Below the pieces are notes generated by a model. The model was not told where the DNA came from, did not search any database, and was given only the letters and a program-made list of their open reading frames with translations. Below are positions 8,882-18,090 of a stretch of 61,538 nt of DNA, piece by piece. Source of the DNA: Longimicrobiales bacterium. Its GTDB lineage: Bacteria; Gemmatimonadota; Gemmatimonadetes; Longimicrobiales; Gaopeijiaceae. The first letter of the stretch is position 1, and every line of letters starts with the position of its first letter. The stretch covers positions 1 through 61,538 of the forward strand of contig JBFGFY010000001.1 in the NCBI GenBank assembly GCA_041579355.1. Reading direction: 5' to 3'. Both the position numbers and the translations under genes were made by a program.

Positions 8882-9357
8882 AGGTCCAGCGTGACCTCCA
8901 CCTCGAGTCGGCCGTCCGATTCGCGGATCTCGGCGCCGTGCAGTGTCGCGGCCTTCACTCCGACGAAAGGCTCACGAAGGGTGACGCCGCGCGCCCGCAC
9001 GCGGAGCCCGTCGGCTCGACGGTCGGCCTGGACTTCTTCGGGAAGCCATAGCTCGATCTCGCTCAGGTAGACCAGCTCGTTCAGCCAGGCGACGAGCGTC
9101 GCCTCGTGGTCGAGGCCCGCGATCGAGAAATCGCGCACGTCCATCGAAGGGGCGCCCCGGAGGCCCTCCGGAACGAGCGCCCCGAAGCCCTTCGTCGCCT
9201 CCTGGATCAACCCCTCGAAGGAGTCGGCGCACACCCGCAGCGTGACCTCGGAGGTGTGGTCCACGACCTCGTATCCCGGCGACCTGGGCCCCCTTCCTGG
9301 GCGCTCCGCGGGCGCCGCACGGGGCCCGGTCGGCCGCTCGTCCGTCAAGGCGATCAT
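8878..9357 (-). CDS. archease (RtcB activator)
   Basis: Track ORF trimmed to ATG 9357. YEVVDHTSEVTLRV..EGLIQEATKGF.. and the C-terminal KAATLHGAEI..VEVTLDL resemble the archease family. Translationally coupled to rtcB. Confidence 0.8.
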   Translation of the reverse strand: MIALTDERPTGPRAAPAERPGRGPRSPGYEVVDHTSEVTLRVCADSFEGLIQEATKGFGALVPEGLRGAPSMDVRDFSIAGLDHEATLVAWLNELVYLSEIELWLPEEVQADRRADGLRVRARGVTLREPFVGVKAATLHGAEIRESDGRLEVEVTLDL

Positions 9358-9362
9358 CTCCG

Positions 9363-9394
9363 TTGCGCGCCGATCCCGTCCACCCGTAGATAAT
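9363..9394 (+). promoter_or_regulatory. candidate sigma-70-type promoter for the giant lipoprotein gene
   Basis: TTGCGC (9363-9368), then an ~18-nt spacer, then TAGATAAT. This is an isolated AT-rich patch in otherwise GC-rich divergent intergenic DNA (9358-9451). Confidence 0.25.
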
Positions 9395-9451
9395 AGTTGC
9401 TGCAGGTCGTACCCACCCCCCTCCCCCGAGCACTCGCCCGCGCATCCGCGC

Positions 9452-12400
9452 ATGAGCCGCTCCCGCCTCACCCCCACCCTCTGGCTGGCGTGCGCCCTGA
9501 CGACGGCGTGCACGGACGCGCCGACCGCTGCCGGCCGCGCCGTTCCGCTCGACCTCCGGCCGAGCTACCAGGTCACCCCGTCCCTCTTCCCGTCGCCGCC
9601 CATCGATCGCGTCCGGCTGCTGGCCAGGAACGCCCAGACACGGACGGTGGTCGGGAGCACCGACGAGGCGGTCGACCCGAACGCCTCGCAGTGGTCGCTC
9701 GGCTTGGCGATCACGCTGGGCGGAGCGCCGAGCCTCGAGGTGACGGTGGAGGTCGAGCTCCTCGCGGGCCAGGGCACCGAGTGGAGCGGTCGCCTGGGTC
9801 CGTTGACGGTCCGGGGGAGTGAGCCGCCCCGGGCACAGAACGTCCCGGTCTACCGGGGGCCCCTCGGCAACATGGACGTGGTCTCCCTCGCGCTCCCCGG
9901 CGCTCCCACACAGATCGGTGTGGGCGGCTCGGCGCAGCTGACACCCGTCGTCCAGTTCGCACCGGGCTCGACGGCGACACCCCGGATCTTCTGGGCTTCG
10001 ACCGATCCGACCGTGGCCAGCGTGACCACAGAGGGCGCGGTCGCCACGCTCACCGGACTCGCGGCCGGCACGACACGGATCGTGGTGACGGCGGGACCGG
10101 CCTCAGCGGAGTTCACCGTCGAGGTGCGCAGCGTGGCGCCCCCCGGGTTCGACATCGAGTGGCGCGGGATCACCCCCGACTGGAACACGGCCACCAACTG
10201 GAGCCTCGGTCGCGTGCCGATCGAAACGGACCAGGTCTTCATCCCGGCCTCGCCGGTCGATCCGACGATGACGGGCTCCAGCGCCCAGATCGCGGACCTC
10301 AGGGTGGCCACCGGCGCCACGCTCACACTGACCAACTCGGCGCTCTCCGTGGACGGCGACCTGGTCTCGTCCGGCACGATCGCCGGGAACGGCCGCGTGA
10401 TCATGATCGGAAGCGGGACGGACGTGCGCGGCACGATCCGCGCGGTCCTCGAGATCGCCGACGCCGACGTGACGGCCTCCGGTGCGCTCTCCGTCGACGC
10501 CCTCGAGGTCACCTCCGCGGGACGCTTCATCGTGAACGGACAGGTGGTGGACGTCGCGGGGCTCCTCACCACCCGCACGGGCGGCCGGTTGCGGATGGCC
10601 GCCGCGAACGACCGCCTCACGACTCGGGATGCGAGCTTCGCCGGCGGTGATACTCAGGGGGAGCTGACCGCCGGTGAGCTCCGCGTGCGAGGGAACTTCA
10701 CCGCCAGCGGCAATCGGTCGTTCGCTGCGACGGACAACCACCGCGTCGTCTTCGAGGGCCCGAACGACCGCACGGTGACGTTGCTGGCCCCCGGGCAGAC
10801 CGAGCAGCGCTTCCGGAACGTCACGTTCGACCAGACGGGAACGGTCACCTTCCAGTCGCCCCTGTTCGCCACCGGGACGATCGACGTGCTCGCCGGCCCC
10901 GTCGTCGCAGACGACCACGTGGTCGCCGTGGGCGTCGCGCTCAACGACGCCAACGGCCAGCTCACCTACTCCGAGCTGCGCCTCGTCGGCGCCGTCACGA
11001 TGGTCCCGGCCGCGATCACCTCGTCGCTGGTCGTGGACGCGGTGCTGAGCTGGCCACGCGACGCGACCGTGGCAGGTGACGTGACCATCAACGCGTCCCT
11101 CGATCTCGGCACCCGCACGCTCCGGCCGTCGGGCTCGGTCTTCGCGAACGGCACGCTCGTCGTCCCCGCCGGCGGCGCCTTGTACCTGTCCGGGGCGCTC
11201 AACCTCGCGGCCGGCTCGACGCTCCAGGTGGATGGGGTGATCACCGCCGGCCAGGGGTGCGTCGACGGTGGCGCGACGATCCGCGGAGCGGGCTCGCACC
11301 CGTGCGGGCAGCAGACCTTCTCGAAGACCTGGGTGGGGGGCGATCCGGCCGGACCGAGCGACTGGCACCGCGCGGCGAACTGGAGCCCGCCCGGGATCCC
11401 GGGCCCCGCCGACGACGTGTTCTTGCCCACCAACGTGGTCGTCGTGCTCTCGGGTGACGGCGCGGCGCGCAGTCTGGTCGCAGCTGCCTTCACGACGCTG
11501 GATCTGGGCGGCTTCCGGCTGAGCGTGGCCGGTGACCTCAACGCCGAGCAGGCGGACGTCACCAACGGGTTCGTGCGCGTGACCGGACCGGGCAGCGTCC
11601 TTCTCGGGACATTTCCCACTCTCGAGATCCGCAGTGACAGGGCGCTGGGCGGCTTCACGCTCGCGACCAACAGCCTCGACATCTCGGGTGCGGAGCTCGA
11701 CGTGAACGGGCAGGCGGTCCTCGTGAGCGGGACACTCTCCGTTTCGGGCGCGGGTGGCCGGCTGGTGATGACGCAACCGAGCTCGCTGGTCCATGTGGTC
11801 GGTAGCGCCCTCTTCGACGGTGACGCACACGAAGGCTATCTCACCGAAGGGCTCCTCTTGGTCGAAGAGGACTTCACGGTGACCACCTCTTCCCCGACCG
11901 CCTTCGCGGGCACGAACAACCATACCCTCTACCTCGGCAACGACTCACAGCAGTTCGTGAGCTTCGCGCTACCGGGTGCGACGCAGCAGCGGGTCGCGCA
12001 CTTGGTCGCGGCGAACACGGCACGCACGGAGTTCCGGACGGACGCCGTCGTGACGGGCGCCGCGACGGTCAGTGGCTTCTGGGCGATCCCGGCCGCGCAG
12101 ACGGTCACCGTCGGCGGTGACCTGGTCCTCTACTCCGGCGCGACGCTCGAAGTCGAAGGCACCGTGACCGTCGGGGGCGTCTGCGCCAACTACGGCGGCA
12201 CGATCCGCGGCAGTGGCTCACATCCTTGCCCACCGCCGCCCACTGCGGACCGGACGTGGATCGGCGGCGACCCGGTCGGGGCGAACGATTGGTTCAACGC
12301 GAGCAACTGGCAGCCAGCCCAGGTACCCACCGCCTCCGAGACTGTCCTGATTGGCGCCAACGCCTACCCGCCGGCCCTGAGCGTCGGGTCGGTGGCGGAG

Positions 12401-13405
12401 GTTGCGGGTTTGACGGTCGGCCCCGGTGGCGCCCTCGACCTGGGCGGGTCCTCGATCTTCGTGGGCGGGGACCTGGCGGTCGACGGCCAGGTCTTCGGCG
12501 GCTGGGTCGAGCTCAACGGCCCGGGCACCGTGCTCTACGGCCTCGTCCCCGACCTTCTCGTGTCCGTCCCGCGGGCTCTCTCCGGAGCGCTCTTCACGAA
12601 CAACTTGGTCCTGAACCACGAGCTCTCGATCGGGCCACACTCGCTCGCGGTCAACGGAAACCTCGACGTGCGGCGGAACGTCGGTGCGCTCGTGATGCGA
12701 GACCCCGGGAGCCAGGTGCACGCCTTCGGCAACGTCTCGTTCAACGGAGCGAGTCACGTCGGCAAGCTCACGGCTGGCATCCTGCAGGCCTACGGAGACT
12801 TCACCGTGGCCGCCGAGTTCTCCACGCAGTCGTTCCACTCGACCGGAACCGCGGTGTGGTTGGCGGGCGAAATCGATCAGTCCGTCTGGCTCTCGAACCC
12901 GGGTCTTCAGGACCAGGTCTTCGTGGACCTCGGGATCAGCAAGATCAGTGGCGAAGTCATCTTCGACTCGGACGTGTACGTGTCGGGCGCCCTCTACTCG
13001 TTCGACGAGCGCCTGAGGTCGGGTACCCGCGCCCAACCGGTGCTCGAGGTTCGAGGAATTCTGAACGTGTACCAGACCGTGTTCGACGGGGTGCCCCTCC
13101 GCCTCGTGAGCTCCCTGTCCCCGAACTCGCACACGTTGAGCCAATCAACCTTCACGAACATGCCGACGACCTCGACGCAGCTGCACCTCGAGCTCATCGG
13201 CCAGGGCCCCAGCGTCCCCTTCGTGATCCAGCAGCCCACGTTCACGACGACGCCCACGACCGGGTATTACCTGCGCGTCGTGAACACCTCGCAGGCGGGC
13301 GCCCTGCTGCGGGTGCAGGTGACCGGGCCGACGCCGTCTTCCCCGGGGACCCACATCTCGACGTCGGGGGCGCCGGTCCAGGTGGAGTGGCCCTACACCC
13401 CCTAG
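9452..13405 (+). CDS. giant (about 1317 aa) lipoprotein with a Big_2 Ig-like domain and three tandem beta-helix-like modules
   Basis: Track ORF trimmed to ATG 9452 (MSRSRLTPTLWLACALTTAC lipobox). Big_2-like segment (SAQLTPVV..WASTDPTVASV..GTTRIVVTA). Three modules each open with W-x-G-(x)-DP..DW..A.NW..(P)..P and two end in TIRG[AS]GSHPC. Confidence 0.8.
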   Translation: MSRSRLTPTLWLACALTTACTDAPTAAGRAVPLDLRPSYQVTPSLFPSPPIDRVRLLARNAQTRTVVGSTDEAVDPNASQWSLGLAITLGGAPSLEVTVEVELLAGQGTEWSGRLGPLTVRGSEPPRAQNVPVYRGPLGNMDVVSLALPGAPTQIGVGGSAQLTPVVQFAPGSTATPRIFWASTDPTVASVTTEGAVATLTGLAAGTTRIVVTAGPASAEFTVEVRSVAPPGFDIEWRGITPDWNTATNWSLGRVPIETDQVFIPASPVDPTMTGSSAQIADLRVATGATLTLTNSALSVDGDLVSSGTIAGNGRVIMIGSGTDVRGTIRAVLEIADADVTASGALSVDALEVTSAGRFIVNGQVVDVAGLLTTRTGGRLRMAAANDRLTTRDASFAGGDTQGELTAGELRVRGNFTASGNRSFAATDNHRVVFEGPNDRTVTLLAPGQTEQRFRNVTFDQTGTVTFQSPLFATGTIDVLAGPVVADDHVVAVGVALNDANGQLTYSELRLVGAVTMVPAAITSSLVVDAVLSWPRDATVAGDVTINASLDLGTRTLRPSGSVFANGTLVVPAGGALYLSGALNLAAGSTLQVDGVITAGQGCVDGGATIRGAGSHPCGQQTFSKTWVGGDPAGPSDWHRAANWSPPGIPGPADDVFLPTNVVVVLSGDGAARSLVAAAFTTLDLGGFRLSVAGDLNAEQADVTNGFVRVTGPGSVLLGTFPTLEIRSDRALGGFTLATNSLDISGAELDVNGQAVLVSGTLSVSGAGGRLVMTQPSSLVHVVGSALFDGDAHEGYLTEGLLLVEEDFTVTTSSPTAFAGTNNHTLYLGNDSQQFVSFALPGATQQRVAHLVAANTARTEFRTDAVVTGAATVSGFWAIPAAQTVTVGGDLVLYSGATLEVEGTVTVGGVCANYGGTIRGSGSHPCPPPPTADRTWIGGDPVGANDWFNASNWQPAQVPTASETVLIGANAYPPALSVGSVAEVAGLTVGPGGALDLGGSSIFVGGDLAVDGQVFGGWVELNGPGTVLYGLVPDLLVSVPRALSGALFTNNLVLNHELSIGPHSLAVNGNLDVRRNVGALVMRDPGSQVHAFGNVSFNGASHVGKLTAGILQAYGDFTVAAEFSTQSFHSTGTAVWLAGEIDQSVWLSNPGLQDQVFVDLGISKISGEVIFDSDVYVSGALYSFDERLRSGTRAQPVLEVRGILNVYQTVFDGVPLRLVSSLSPNSHTLSQSTFTNMPTTSTQLHLELIGQGPSVPFVIQQPTFTTTPTTGYYLRVVNTSQAGALLRVQVTGPTPSSPGTHISTSGAPVQVEWPYTP

Positions 13406-13409
13406 GCCG

Positions 13410-14756
13410 CTAGCCGCCCGCCTCGGACGCGAGCTCGCGCGTGAGCGCCTCGAGCGCGTCGCTCGTGACCACCGGGTAGGGCCGCTCCGGGCCCGTCACG
13501 GACGCGAGGTCCGGCGGCAGCTCGGCGAGGGCGCGGGCCGCGTCGGCGGCCAGCTGCTCCAGCGGCGGTGAGGCTCCGGGAAGGCGCCTTCCCGCCTGCA
13601 TGACCTGCACGAGCAGCGGTCGTCCCTCCTCGGAGTCGTCGACCAACCCGATCACGTCGCGCACCGCTGCGCCACCCTCGACGACGCGGAACACCTGCTT
13701 CCGGCCCGGCAGCGTGCGTTTGCCGGTGGCGAGCTTCAGGCGGCCGGTCCCGGCGTACGCCACGAGCTTGTACGCCATGTCCAGCGACGGGGCGTCGCTC
13801 GAGACACCCATGCGCGTCCCCACGCCGAAGCCGTCCACGGGCGCCCCTTCGTCCAACAGCCGCTCGATCTCGTGCTCGTCGAGCCCCCCACTCGCGAAGA
13901 TCTCGACCCGCTCGAGCCCCGCCTCGTCGAGCAGGCGGCGAGCTTCCTTGGCGAGCGACGCGAGGTCACCCGAATCGAGGCGCACGCCCCGTATGCGGAA
14001 ATGCTCGCCCAGTTCCTCCGCGAGGCGCACGACGTTTCGCACGCCCTCGAGTGTGTCGTACGTGTCTACGAGGAGGATCGTCTCCGGGTAGACCGCCGCG
14101 AACGCGCGGAAGGCCTCGAGCTCCGAGTCGTGGGCCTGCACGAAGCTGTGCGCCATCGTGCCCGCGACCGGAATTCCGTAGAGGCGCCCGGCCAGCACGT
14201 TGCTGGTAGACTGCACGCCGACCAGGCGGAACGCGCGAGCCGCCTCCAGCGAGGCGTCCGCCCCGTGCATCCGCCGGAGCCCGAAGTCCACCACCGCGCG
14301 CCCCCGTGCCGCGTGCACCACGCGCAGCGCCTTCGAGGCGGCCACGGTGGCGAAGTGCATGCGGTTCATGAGACAGGTCTCGACGAGCTGCGCGGCCGGA
14401 AGCGGCGCCACCACCTGGAGGATGGGCTCCTCGGCGAAGAAGGGAGTGCCCTCCGGGAGCGCGTAGACGTTCCCCTCGAAGCGGAACGCGCGCAGCCACG
14501 AGAGGAAGCTGTCGTCAAAGAGGTCGAGGCCCGCCAGGTAGGCCAGGTCGTCGCTGCCGAAGCGGAGCGCCTCGAGGTCATCGAGAGCCCCCTCCAGGCC
14601 GCACGCGACCAGGACGCCCCGTTCCGGGGGCAGCCTCCGCACGAAGAGCTCGAAGACGGCCTCCTCGGTCATCCCGGTCCGGAGATAGGCCTGCAGCATC
14701 GTGAGCTCGTAGAGGTCGGTGAGCAGCGCGGGGCGTGGCCCTGCCAGGTGGCTCAT
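13410..14756 (-). CDS. pncB: nicotinate phosphoribosyltransferase
   Basis: N-terminal LLTDLYELTMLQAYL, plus GVQSTSNVLAG and GTMAHSF motifs. The ATG overlaps the apbE stop (ATGA). Confidence 0.9.
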   Translation of the reverse strand: MSHLAGPRPALLTDLYELTMLQAYLRTGMTEEAVFELFVRRLPPERGVLVACGLEGALDDLEALRFGSDDLAYLAGLDLFDDSFLSWLRAFRFEGNVYALPEGTPFFAEEPILQVVAPLPAAQLVETCLMNRMHFATVAASKALRVVHAARGRAVVDFGLRRMHGADASLEAARAFRLVGVQSTSNVLAGRLYGIPVAGTMAHSFVQAHDSELEAFRAFAAVYPETILLVDTYDTLEGVRNVVRLAEELGEHFRIRGVRLDSGDLASLAKEARRLLDEAGLERVEIFASGGLDEHEIERLLDEGAPVDGFGVGTRMGVSSDAPSLDMAYKLVAYAGTGRLKLATGKRTLPGRKQVFRVVEGGAAVRDVIGLVDDSEEGRPLLVQVMQAGRRLPGASPPLEQLAADAARALAELPPDLASVTGPERPYPVVTSDALEALTRELASEAGG

Positions 14757-15829
14757 GGCTGACCCTCGCGCCGCGTCGCACGCCCCGCCATCGCCGGCGT
14801 CGCGAGTGCCTCGACGCCGGAGCCGCTCCGGCGCAGGAAGAGGGCGGCGAGTCCCTCACGCGCCGCGGTCTCGAATCCCTCCTCCGGGCCCAACACGGAC
14901 AACGCCGTCGCCCACGCGTCGGCGAGGGCCGCGCTCCGGTGCAGGACGGTCACCGAAGTCCCCTGCCACGAGATGGGACGCCCGTCACGGGGATCGATGA
15001 TGTGGGCGTAGCGCACGCCCTCCTCCTCGTAGTAGTCGCGGTAGTCACCCGACGTGGCGACCGACTCGTCGCGGAGCTCGACGGTGCCCCAGATTCCCGC
15101 CACCCCAGGGTCGGGGCGCTCGATCCCGATCGTCCAGCCGGACCGTCCCGCAGGCTCACCTGCAGCCTCGAGCTCACCTCCGACGTCGACGAGAAACTGC
15201 CCGAGCCTCAGTGAGCGGAGCGCCTCCGCCACCATGCCCACACCGTAGCCCTTGGCGATGCCGGACAGATCGAGCGCGACCGCCGGGTGGGACTTCGCGA
15301 CCGTTCCGGCGGCACGGTCGACGGCCACCAGCCCATATCCGACCCGCGCGCGCAGCCGCACGAGCTCTTCGTCCGTCGGCCGTGAGGCGGTCGCGCCGAA
15401 GCCGGCCGCAGGCCCGAACCCCCACGCCTCGACGAGTGGCGCGACGGTGGGGTCGAACGCACCTCCGGAGCGTCGAGCGACCGCGAGCGCGACTTCCAGC
15501 ACCTCCAGGAACTCGTCGCTCACTTCCATCGGAGCCGTGCTCCGGGTCCGGTTGAAGCGCGACAGCTCGGAGTCGGGGTCGTACGTGGACATGAGCGTCT
15601 CCACGCGGCCGAGGCGCTCCTCGATGACGGAGCCGACCCGTGACCGCTCTTCGTCGGAGAGGGGCGCCTCGACGGTGACCCGGTAGGACGTTCCCATCGA
15701 AGCGCCGACGAAGTCGTGGCGCGGAGGCGCTTCCCACGGCCGCCACAGCACGAATGCGAGCAGGGTGACCACGGCGAGCGCCCCGAGGGCCGTGGCACGG
15801 CGGGTGTGTGGACTGTGGGAGTCGCGCAT
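14753..15829 (-). CDS. apbE: FAD:protein FMN transferase (ApbE family)
   Basis: Track ORF trimmed to ATG 15829, followed by a TM/signal segment. Motifs FDPTVAPLVEAWGFG, LDLSGIAKGYG and VATSGDYRDYYE..YAHIIDPRDGRP. Confidence 0.85.
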   Translation of the reverse strand: MRDSHSPHTRRATALGALAVVTLLAFVLWRPWEAPPRHDFVGASMGTSYRVTVEAPLSDEERSRVGSVIEERLGRVETLMSTYDPDSELSRFNRTRSTAPMEVSDEFLEVLEVALAVARRSGGAFDPTVAPLVEAWGFGPAAGFGATASRPTDEELVRLRARVGYGLVAVDRAAGTVAKSHPAVALDLSGIAKGYGVGMVAEALRSLRLGQFLVDVGGELEAAGEPAGRSGWTIGIERPDPGVAGIWGTVELRDESVATSGDYRDYYEEEGVRYAHIIDPRDGRPISWQGTSVTVLHRSAALADAWATALSVLGPEEGFETAAREGLAALFLRRSGSGVEALATPAMAGRATRREGQP

Positions 15830-15925
15830 GCGCGCCGAAGGTAGCGGACGCGCCGTCCCGCGCGAGCGGCGCCGCAGATGCGCACCGGCTGGCGCCCGCC
15901 GGCCCGAGCCGACACGATAGGGGCC

Positions 15926-18055
15926 ATGAGAACCAAGACGACGCTGCTCGCGGCCGCCCTCGCGTCCGTCCTCGCGACCCCCATCCAGGCCCAGGTCGCG
16001 TCCTTCGACCTCGACACGATCCAGGTCGGCCGCTTCGACTACGGGAAGATGTGGCCGTTCGAATACGCGCCTCAGGAGTATTTCACCACCACGTACGGCT
16101 TCAGGGCCGACGACGCCTGGTTCGAGCGCGCCCGGCTTTCGGCGCTGCGCATCCCGGGCTGCTCCGCCGCGTTCGTCTCCCCCAATGGCCTGGTGGTCAC
16201 GAACCACCACTGCGTGAGGGACGCCGTCAGCAACCTCTCGCGTTCCGGCGAGCGCCTCCTCGACGACGGCTTCCTCGCTCCGCGCGTGGAGGACGAGCGT
16301 CCGATCCCGGGCTTCTACGCCGATCAGCTGCTCGCCGTCCAGGATGTCTCCGGGCGGGTCTTCGCTGCGCTCGCGGGAGCCACGAGCGACACCGAGCGCG
16401 CCCGGGCCCGCCAGAGCGCCGCCGACGCCATCGTGGCGGAAGCGCGGGCACAGTATGCGCCCATGGCGGACTCACTCTACGTGCAGCTCGTCGACCTGTA
16501 CGGCGGCGGCCGCTACTCCGTCTATGTGTTCCGACGCTTCACCGACGTGCGCATGGTCTTCGCCGTAGAGCTGGAGATGGGCTTCTTCGGTGGAGACCCC
16601 GACAACTTCACCTATCCTCGCTACGCTCTCGACTTCGCCTTCCTGCGCATCTACGACGACGGACAGCCGTACCGCCCGACGCACCACTTCGGATGGGGGG
16701 CGGCGGGGGTCGAGGAGGGGGACGCGGTCTTCGTGATCGGCAACCCGGGCGAGACGAATCGACTCGCGACCATGGAGCAGATCCGACTCCAGGGCTCGGT
16801 CACGATCCCGGCGACGATCGCCTGGCTGGCGAGCACGCACCGGGCGCTCGCCGATTTCTACGAAGAGGATCCAGAGCGCGCCGACGCCATGGGCGTACGC
16901 GACATGATGTTCAGCCTGTCGAACTCGCTGAAGGCGTACCGGGGTCGCGCCGACGCGCTCCAGAACCCGGTCGTGGTGGCTCGCAAGGCGGCGGGCGAGA
17001 GGCAGTTCCGCGACTCCATCGCAGCGCGCCCGGCGCTCGCGACGCGCGTCGGCGGCGTGCTCGAGGAGATCGGGCGGATCCAGGCGGCGAAGCGCGAGCT
17101 CACGGCCGAGTACGGAGCGTTCCTTTCCATCACGAGTCCCGCGTTCTCCTCCGCGGCGCTGCGGCGGGCGTTCTCCGCGTACGTGTATCTGGCCTCCAGG
17201 CAGGGGGGCGCGTCCGAGGCCGCGCTGCGCGAGATGCGTCAGCGACTGCTCCAGGTCGCGGATCTTCCGGCGCCGCTGGACCGCAGCTGGCTGGAGAGCC
17301 GGCTCTCGGACCTCGAGCGGTACCTGCCCGCGAGCCACCCCGTGGCGTCCGAGCTGGCCCGGCGGGGGGGACCGCGGGCGGCGGCCGAGGCGATTCTGGC
17401 GGGCCCACTCGGCCGCGCGTCCCGCACGAGCGCGGCGCTGGAGGCGGGCAACCTGTCCCCCGACGATCCCGGCGTCCGTCTGGCCGCCGCGATCGTGCCC
17501 GCGTACGGCGCGTTCGCGGACCGCTGGAACGATCTCTCGGACCGGGAGAGTGAGCTGACGATCGAGCTCGGGCGCGCGCGCTTCGAGATCTTCGGTGAGA
17601 GCATTCCTCCGGACGGCACCTTCTCGCCGCGCATCACGGACGGCGTGGTGAGCGGCTATGAATACAACGGGACGATCGCGCCCCCGTACACGACCTTCTT
17701 CGGCATCTGGGACCGCGCCATCGGGCACGGGGGCAGCGTCGACTGGAGCCTGCCTGACCGCTGGAGCTCACCACCCGCCGGCCTCGACCTCTCGACGCCG
17801 CTCAACTTCGTTTCGACGGCGGACACCTACGGCGGCAACTCGGGCTCCCCGGCCGTGACCCGCGACCTCGACCTCGTCGGGCTCAACTTCGACAGGAACG
17901 TCAACGGCCTCACCCGGGACTACATCTACCTGCCCGAGCAGGGCCGCAACGTGATGGTCGACGTGCGCGCCATCGACGCCGCGCTCACGCACGCGTATGG
18001 AGCGCAGCGTATCGTGACGGAGCTCAGGACCGGAGCGCTTCCGCCCGCTCCCTGA
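15926..18055 (+). CDS. S46-family serine peptidase (dipeptidyl-peptidase 7/11-like)
   Basis: Track ORF trimmed to ATG 15926 (signal peptide MRTKTTLLAAALASVLATPIQA). Catalytic-His context GLVVTNHHCV and catalytic-Ser context GGNSGSPAV. Confidence 0.9.
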   Translation: MRTKTTLLAAALASVLATPIQAQVASFDLDTIQVGRFDYGKMWPFEYAPQEYFTTTYGFRADDAWFERARLSALRIPGCSAAFVSPNGLVVTNHHCVRDAVSNLSRSGERLLDDGFLAPRVEDERPIPGFYADQLLAVQDVSGRVFAALAGATSDTERARARQSAADAIVAEARAQYAPMADSLYVQLVDLYGGGRYSVYVFRRFTDVRMVFAVELEMGFFGGDPDNFTYPRYALDFAFLRIYDDGQPYRPTHHFGWGAAGVEEGDAVFVIGNPGETNRLATMEQIRLQGSVTIPATIAWLASTHRALADFYEEDPERADAMGVRDMMFSLSNSLKAYRGRADALQNPVVVARKAAGERQFRDSIAARPALATRVGGVLEEIGRIQAAKRELTAEYGAFLSITSPAFSSAALRRAFSAYVYLASRQGGASEAALREMRQRLLQVADLPAPLDRSWLESRLSDLERYLPASHPVASELARRGGPRAAAEAILAGPLGRASRTSAALEAGNLSPDDPGVRLAAAIVPAYGAFADRWNDLSDRESELTIELGRARFEIFGESIPPDGTFSPRITDGVVSGYEYNGTIAPPYTTFFGIWDRAIGHGGSVDWSLPDRWSSPPAGLDLSTPLNFVSTADTYGGNSGSPAVTRDLDLVGLNFDRNVNGLTRDYIYLPEQGRNVMVDVRAIDAALTHAYGAQRIVTELRTGALPPAP

Positions 18056-18090
18056 GCGGACGAGGGACTCGCGGGCGCGCGGCCCATTGC

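Noticed and set aside
7286-9070. Long ORFs antisense to or overlapping the called genes. Examples are 7286-9070 (594 aa), 10103-11923 (606 aa), 15808-17553 (581 aa), 27989-29338 (449 aa), 43693-45381 (562 aa) and 46533-47396.
   Set aside because: Their translations are Arg/Pro/Gly/Ala-rich low-complexity strings with no recognisable motifs. They lie opposite or out of frame to genes that have strong family signatures. This is the expected stop-codon-poor artefact of very GC-rich DNA.
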